Positions 59,073-64,000 of a DNA stretch of 64,000 nucleotides are shown in pieces. How positions within the stretch are numbered: the stretch's first letter is position 1; every line of letters starts with the position of its first letter. This DNA comes from Alphaproteobacteria bacterium (GTDB lineage Bacteria; Pseudomonadota; Alphaproteobacteria; CALKHQ01): the NCBI GenBank assembly GCA_965227515.1, contig CBDDFZ010000001.1:2528001-2592000 (forward strand), read 5' to 3'. Made by a program: the position numbers and the translations under genes. Under the pieces are notes generated by a model. That model was not told the DNA's origin and made no database searches. It saw only the letters and a list, made by a program, of their open reading frames with translations.

Positions 59073-60395
59073 ATGACGCGAGCAATTTTCGCGGCCATGA
59101 GGGCCGTGCGACCCTTGCTGGCCAAGGCTTTGGCCGGCACATCCATTATGGCACTGGCGGCATGCACCGCCGCTTCGAGCGGGTTTCGGGCCGAGACCCA
59201 GAGCCAGGTCGGTGGATTTACCGAGCGGGCCGCGGCGGCCCTGGCGCGCGGCGACATCGTTCAGGCACGCAGCGATTTCGGCCAGGCCCTGCGCACGCTC
59301 GACCTGATGGAGGAGGACCTCTATCTGGCCAATAACCTGTACCTTGAGCGCTCCGAGGCCGCCGCCGGGCGAGGCTGGACCGACATACTGGCCGGCCGCA
59401 TGGAGGAAGGGCGCGCCGGCATTGGCGGTGCCATCGAGCAACTGGTCGACGACGAGTTCGCCCACGTCGACTATCTGCGCCGCATTCAGCGCGACGAGCA
59501 GACCGGCCTGTTGATCCTGGGCGCAATCGCCGGGGTCGGCGCGGTCATCGCGGATTCCAGGGCGGGCTACCCCGAGAACGGGGCGATCGATGCCTTGACC
59601 AGGCCGGACGGGCTGTATGACTCCCTGGCGCGTGCGATCGACCAAATCGGCGCTTCTGACCCGTCGGTCCTCGCGGAACGCTTCGTCGGCAGCAATTCGA
59701 CCGATTCCGACGGCATCCGCATGCTGATGCTGCCCGGCTACAACTACCCGCTCAATTTGGTCGGGCAGGTGCTGGCGGGCGGCAGCCTGTGCACCGGCAG
59801 CCTGATCGGCCAGCGCATGGTGCTGACGGCTGCGCACTGCGTCACCGACGATGCGGGCGGCCAACTGCCGGCCAGTACTATCGGATTCGTGCTGTCGAGC
59901 CCGAGCTACACCCATTCGGTGCTGGCGAAGGCGGTGCACATGGCTGCGCCGCGTTGGGATGAGGCGCCTGAGAACGACTGGGCGGTGGTCGAACTGGTGT
60001 CGCACCCGCCGGGTTTCGGCCATCTCACACCGCGCCTGGCGCCGGCGAGCGACGCGGAAGTCCCTGCGTTGTCCGGCCGCCTGATGCTGCCGGGCTACAG
60101 CGCGGACCTCAACGACGGGCGGTTCATGTCCTTGGACTATGGCTGCTCGCCGTTGGCGGTTGAGAGTAGCGGCGCGCTGGTGGGCCACCTTTGCGCCTCT
60201 TGGCAAGGTGCGTCGGGCGCGCCCTTGATGATCGCAGGCAACAACGCAACCGCGGCCGAGGTCATCGGCATTCACACTCTTGGTATCCGAGGCACCGACT
60301 TGCGCGTGATGCGCGCCATCGATGCCGAGTTGCTGGCGACGCTCACCGCCATCGTCGGCGGCGGCGAACCCCCGAAGCCCGCAGACGGGGAGTAG
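59073..60395 (+). CDS. Trypsin-like (V8-type) serine protease, probable lipoprotein with helical N-domain
   Basis: LAA-C lipobox; CTGSLIG..VLTAAHC, DWAVV, GASGAP catalytic triad motifs. Confidence 0.85.
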   Translation: MTRAIFAAMRAVRPLLAKALAGTSIMALAACTAASSGFRAETQSQVGGFTERAAAALARGDIVQARSDFGQALRTLDLMEEDLYLANNLYLERSEAAAGRGWTDILAGRMEEGRAGIGGAIEQLVDDEFAHVDYLRRIQRDEQTGLLILGAIAGVGAVIADSRAGYPENGAIDALTRPDGLYDSLARAIDQIGASDPSVLAERFVGSNSTDSDGIRMLMLPGYNYPLNLVGQVLAGGSLCTGSLIGQRMVLTAAHCVTDDAGGQLPASTIGFVLSSPSYTHSVLAKAVHMAAPRWDEAPENDWAVVELVSHPPGFGHLTPRLAPASDAEVPALSGRLMLPGYSADLNDGRFMSLDYGCSPLAVESSGALVGHLCASWQGASGAPLMIAGNNATAAEVIGIHTLGIRGTDLRVMRAIDAELLATLTAIVGGGEPPKPADGE

Positions 60396-60410
60396 GCCTA
60401 CAACCATTCT

Positions 60411-60440
60411 CGACGCCCTCGGCCTTGTGCCGAGGGCATC
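60411..60440. repeat. Solitary family-1 REP arm
   Basis: cgacgccctcggccttgtgccgagggcatc; between convergent genes. Confidence 0.7.
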
Positions 60441-60458
60441 ATTGAGGTTTGGGGTTGC

Positions 60459-62450
60459 TCAAAACGCCATCTGGTAGATGCCGAAGCCTTCTTCGTCCTC
60501 GCCGGTCTTGACGATGCCCATTGCCTCGGTCAGCGATGCCTCGGCGTGCGGGGCGGACGTAAAGGTCACCACCGGGTCGCCCTCGATCGGCACGAAGCCC
60601 CAATTGTCGTCGGCCGACGGGTCGATGGAGCCCTGCTCGAAGATGTAGTTGGCCAGCACCGTGCGGTTCTCGTCGGGCGCCTCGATGATGATGTTGCTGC
60701 CGTCCAGCGCCGGGAAGTTGCCGCCACCGCCGGCCCGGTAGTTGTTGGTCGCGACGATGAACTGAGACTCCCCGTCGATTGGCGCGCCCTCGAACTGCAA
60801 ATCGACGATGCGGTGGGCATCGGGGTCGATCAAATTGCCGTCGCGGTCGTAGCGGGCCGGCTGGGTCAGGTCGACCTGGTAGGTCACCCCGTCGATGACG
60901 TCGAAGTTGTAGGACGGGAAGTCCGGGTTGAGCAGCGCCTGGGCGCCCGCCGCCGCCGGGTCGATCCGGTTGAACGCGCCGGCCGACATCTCCAGCCACT
61001 CCCGCACCTCGTCGCCGTCCAAAAGAACGGCCCGTAACGTATTGGGATAGATGTAGAGATCGGCCACGTTCATCAGCGCGATCTCGCCGGTCGGAATGTC
61101 GGTGTAGTAGTCCGGGCCGCCCCGGCCGCCGGCTTTGAACGGCGCACCGGCGGACAGCACCGGCAGGCCGTCATACTCGGTGCCGGCGATCAGCTGCTCG
61201 ACGTACCACTTCTGCGCGTTGGTCACGATCTGGATCGACGGGTCGTCCTGCACCAGCGCGAAATAGCTGTTGATGGGCGCGGTGGTCTGGCCGACGCCCT
61301 CGCGCATGTAGGCGATGGTCGCCTCATGCTCCTCGCGCACCGCGTCGACGATCTTCGGGTCGGGGTCGACCAGCGGAATGATGTCGCGGCCGTCGCGTTC
61401 GAAGATGCCGCGCACCGCACCGGTGCCGCCGGTCACCGTCCAGGCGCCGGCGTCGTCCACCGCCAGGGCGAGGTCGATCACGCCCAGATGGCTGCCCCAG
61501 AAGCCCGGCATGCTGGAGGGCACGCCGTTGATGGTGCCGTTGGCCAGGTCGACGCCCGGAATGTCGGCATAGACATCGCTGGGGAACACCTGGTGGGCGT
61601 GGCCGAACAGGATGGCGTCGATGCCCTCGACCTCCGACAAATAGTAGGTCGCGTTCTCGTCCATGCCATCCGGCGTGGCGGTGGCGAGCCCGGAATGCGG
61701 CACCGCGATCACGATGTCCGCGCCCTCGGCCTTCATCAGCGGCACATAGTGCTCGGCGGCGGCGACGATGTCCCAGGTGTCGACCGTGCCTTCCAGGTTC
61801 GCCTTGTCCCACTGCATGATCTGCGGCGGCAGAAAGCCGATGACGCCGATGCGGATGTCGTGGCTGGCGCCGGCGCTGTCGCTCAGCGTGCGGTCCAGGA
61901 TGACGTAGGGCGTGTAGTAGGGCTGGTCGTTCGACATGTCGTCGTCGCCATCCTCGACCACGATATTGGCGCTGATGTAGGGGAAGGCCGCGTCGTCGGT
62001 GGTCTCGGCCAGGAAGTCGAGGCCGTAGTTGAACTCGTGGTTGCCCATGTTGCCGACGTCGTAGCCGAGCAGGTTCATCGCCTTGTAGATCGGGTGGACC
62101 TCGCCGTCTTCCAGCCCGCGCTCCTTGGCCATGTAGTCGCCCAGCGGGTTGCCCTGGATCAGGTCGCCATTGTCGATCAGGATCGAGTTGGCGACCTCGC
62201 CGCGCGCCTCGGCGATCAGGGTCGCGACCTTGGCCAGCCCGACGGCGTCGCTCTGCGCATCGCGGTAGTAGTCGTAGTCGACGATGTGCATGTGGATGTC
62301 GGCGGTGTTCAGGATCCGCAGGTCGACCGTGCCGTCCGCCAGCGCCCCCGTACTGAACAAAGTCGAACTGAGCAAAGTCGTACTGAGCAAAGTCGTGCCG
62401 AACAGGCCGGAAATCGCCACGCCAGACGCGGCCAGTGCCGTGATCTTCAT
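60459..62450 (-). CDS. cpdB: 2',3'-cyclic-nucleotide 2'-phosphodiesterase / 3'-nucleotidase
   Basis: DIH, DNGDLIQG, GNHEFNYG, HSG, GHAH, YIYPNTL, TNNYR. Confidence 0.94.
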   Translation of the reverse strand: MKITALAASGVAISGLFGTTLLSTTLLSSTLFSTGALADGTVDLRILNTADIHMHIVDYDYYRDAQSDAVGLAKVATLIAEARGEVANSILIDNGDLIQGNPLGDYMAKERGLEDGEVHPIYKAMNLLGYDVGNMGNHEFNYGLDFLAETTDDAAFPYISANIVVEDGDDDMSNDQPYYTPYVILDRTLSDSAGASHDIRIGVIGFLPPQIMQWDKANLEGTVDTWDIVAAAEHYVPLMKAEGADIVIAVPHSGLATATPDGMDENATYYLSEVEGIDAILFGHAHQVFPSDVYADIPGVDLANGTINGVPSSMPGFWGSHLGVIDLALAVDDAGAWTVTGGTGAVRGIFERDGRDIIPLVDPDPKIVDAVREEHEATIAYMREGVGQTTAPINSYFALVQDDPSIQIVTNAQKWYVEQLIAGTEYDGLPVLSAGAPFKAGGRGGPDYYTDIPTGEIALMNVADLYIYPNTLRAVLLDGDEVREWLEMSAGAFNRIDPAAAGAQALLNPDFPSYNFDVIDGVTYQVDLTQPARYDRDGNLIDPDAHRIVDLQFEGAPIDGESQFIVATNNYRAGGGGNFPALDGSNIIIEAPDENRTVLANYIFEQGSIDPSADDNWGFVPIEGDPVVTFTSAPHAEASLTEAMGIVKTGEDEEGFGIYQMAF
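62350..62404. repeat. 15-bp tandem repeat (about 3.5 units) inside the CpdB signal peptide
   Basis: gtactgaacaaagtc / gaactgagcaaagtc / gtactgagcaaagtc / gtgccgaaca. Confidence 0.85.
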
Positions 62451-62669
62451 CGCTCGCCACTCCATCTCCAGGCGCCCCGTGAGCGGGCGCGGTTGTGCCA
62501 GGAGTGGACTCTATCGCCTTCGTCCCGTCCCGCCAATCGGGCGCGGCAACCTCCGGGCGATGCGGAAAATGGGGTGTCGGCCCCATGTGGGCGAAGGGCG
62601 TTGTTGCTTACCTCCAAGGGCATCCGAAGGCCGCCGCGTCGCGGTGGCCGATACCCAAAGGAGGAGTAG

Positions 62670-63095
62670 ATGTTTGACGTTCAGTTCGGCCGCAAGGCCT
62701 TCGCCATCGCCATGCTGGCCGCAACCGGCACGCTCGGCGCCTGTATCACCATGCCGCCGCCCGGCGGCAATCCGGGGGGCAATCCGGGCGGCAATCCGGG
62801 CGGGGGCCCGCCCGTGATCGACCCGGTGCCTCAGGTGCAGACGCGCACGTTCAACGATCCGCAAGTCGGCGGGCGTTGGGTGGACCTCTGTTATGCCGAG
62901 GGCTCCTGCCGCCAGCAGCAGCAGATTGACACGTTCTGCCGGCAGCAAGGCTATGACCAGGCCGTTTCGTCCTATTCCCGCAACACGGTGGTCTTTCAGA
63001 CCAACGTGCGGCTGGGCGACCAGTCGGTTTGCAGGTCGGCCGGTGTCGGCAACTGCAACCGTATCGCCAGCGTCACCTGCCAGCGCACGGTCTAG
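62670..63095 (+). CDS. Small lipoprotein with (GGNP)x3 linker and six-Cys domain
   Basis: AGGAGG RBS, lipobox LGA-C, 12-bp repeat at 62763-62798, six Cys in the C-terminal 70 aa. Confidence 0.78.
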   Translation: MFDVQFGRKAFAIAMLAATGTLGACITMPPPGGNPGGNPGGNPGGGPPVIDPVPQVQTRTFNDPQVGGRWVDLCYAEGSCRQQQQIDTFCRQQGYDQAVSSYSRNTVVFQTNVRLGDQSVCRSAGVGNCNRIASVTCQRTV

Positions 63096-63118
63096 CTAAT
63101 GGAATTCAGCTTACGCTG

Positions 63119-63207
63119 AAGTCGGCACCGGCCCTCTCCCCCACCCGGCCGCCCAACGACAGTATCCTGCTGGGTGGCCGGGTGGAGGAGAGGGCTGGCG
63201 CAGACTT
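63119..63207. repeat. Family-4 long palindrome, copy 3
   Basis: aagtcggcaccggccctctcccccacccggccgccca ... tgggtggccgggtggaggagagggctggcgcagactt. Confidence 0.87.
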
Positions 63208-63221
63208 AAGAGATCAGGACC

Positions 63222-63956
63222 CTAAAACGCGCCGTCGGGCAGCTGGTAGATGTCCGGGTTCTCGGTATCCAGCACGTAGTTGAGGCGCATCACCAGCGGC
63301 GGGTCGACGCCCTCGGGCACGGCCTCGCCGGTCAGCGCGGCTTTCGGCTGCAGGGTCAGCGTGACCGAGCGGCCGTCGCCGTCCAGCGCGGCGAAGATCA
63401 GCACGCTGCCGTCGGAAAGCTGCTGGTTGGTGCGGACCGCTTCGGGCGGGAAGCCCTGGGTGCGGAAGTAGTTCACGAGAATCCCGGTGGCCGTCATCAG
63501 GCCGCCGGGGTTGTCGATCTCGCTGTCCAGGCCCCAGAACACGTCGATCTGGATCAGCGCTTCGGACTGGTAGCCGAGCAGGTAGACCACCTGGGCGACG
63601 CCCGCGTCCGGCAACAGGTCCGGCACGCTGATGTTCAGCGTGGTGGTCTTCTCCACGGCGTTCTGGCTGATCGCGACGTCGTCGGCGGCGATGCCGAAAT
63701 CGGCCTCGATGGCATCCAGAACCGCCTGCTGGTCCATGCCGAACAGCGCGGACCGGAAGCCGGTCACCAGGGCCGGCGGTGCCGCGGCATCGTTGCCGTC
63801 GACGGCGGCATCCACCGGCGTGTCGGGCAGCTCGATGTCGGCATTGCCGGCGCCCTGGGCATGGGCCGGCGCGCCGGCGAGCAGCGCGGTGGCCGCCAGC
63901 GCCCAGAAGGCCCGCCCAAACACGCCGTGTCCGAACCTGTGGGTGGCATTACGCAT
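63222..63956 (-). CDS. Exported hypothetical protein
   Basis: Signal peptide ending AHA-QG; acidic globular domain beginning GFRSALFGM. Confidence 0.7.
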   Translation of the reverse strand: MRNATHRFGHGVFGRAFWALAATALLAGAPAHAQGAGNADIELPDTPVDAAVDGNDAAAPPALVTGFRSALFGMDQQAVLDAIEADFGIAADDVAISQNAVEKTTTLNISVPDLLPDAGVAQVVYLLGYQSEALIQIDVFWGLDSEIDNPGGLMTATGILVNYFRTQGFPPEAVRTNQQLSDGSVLIFAALDGDGRSVTLTLQPKAALTGEAVPEGVDPPLVMRLNYVLDTENPDIYQLPDGAF

Positions 63957-64000
63957 TGTCTTCGGCCCCCAGTACGGTGTTCGCGGAACTGCGGTCCGCC

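Overview
High-GC (roughly 68-70% by eye) bacterial chromosomal segment, most consistent with a Rhodospirillales-like alphaproteobacterium, carrying about 55 genes and no rRNA, tRNA, CRISPR array, prophage or transposase that I can see. Recognisable content: pfkA; a complete suf operon (Rrf2-sufB-[extra gene]-sufCDSE-sufT-sufA); an orphan AceE/transketolase-like ThDP enzyme; an MlrC-DmpA-peptide ABC cluster; a sugar ABC transporter coupled to an esterase; a gmd/fcl glycosylation cluster; arsC; phaC; an AlaC-like aminotransferase; hom; cpdB; and several exported proteins of unknown function. Most notable: (1) about 15 intergenic palindromic elements of four families. One family of about 180-195 bp has two inverted CGTC-type REP arms around a homologous core carrying an IHF-consensus site, an architecture like E. 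coli RIB/BIME-1 elements; nested and loop-expanded variants also occur. (2) A translationally coupled membrane protein with an (AHTDND)x4 tail inside the suf operon. (3) A GlxA-regulator/DUF427 pair divergent from a double-length nitroreductase-like gene with a Tat-like signal and two possible starts. (4) A small regulon (membrane protein, winged-helix regulator, DUF4173 protein) defined by two copies of a shared operator palindrome. All family assignments come from motif recognition by eye, not from database searches.
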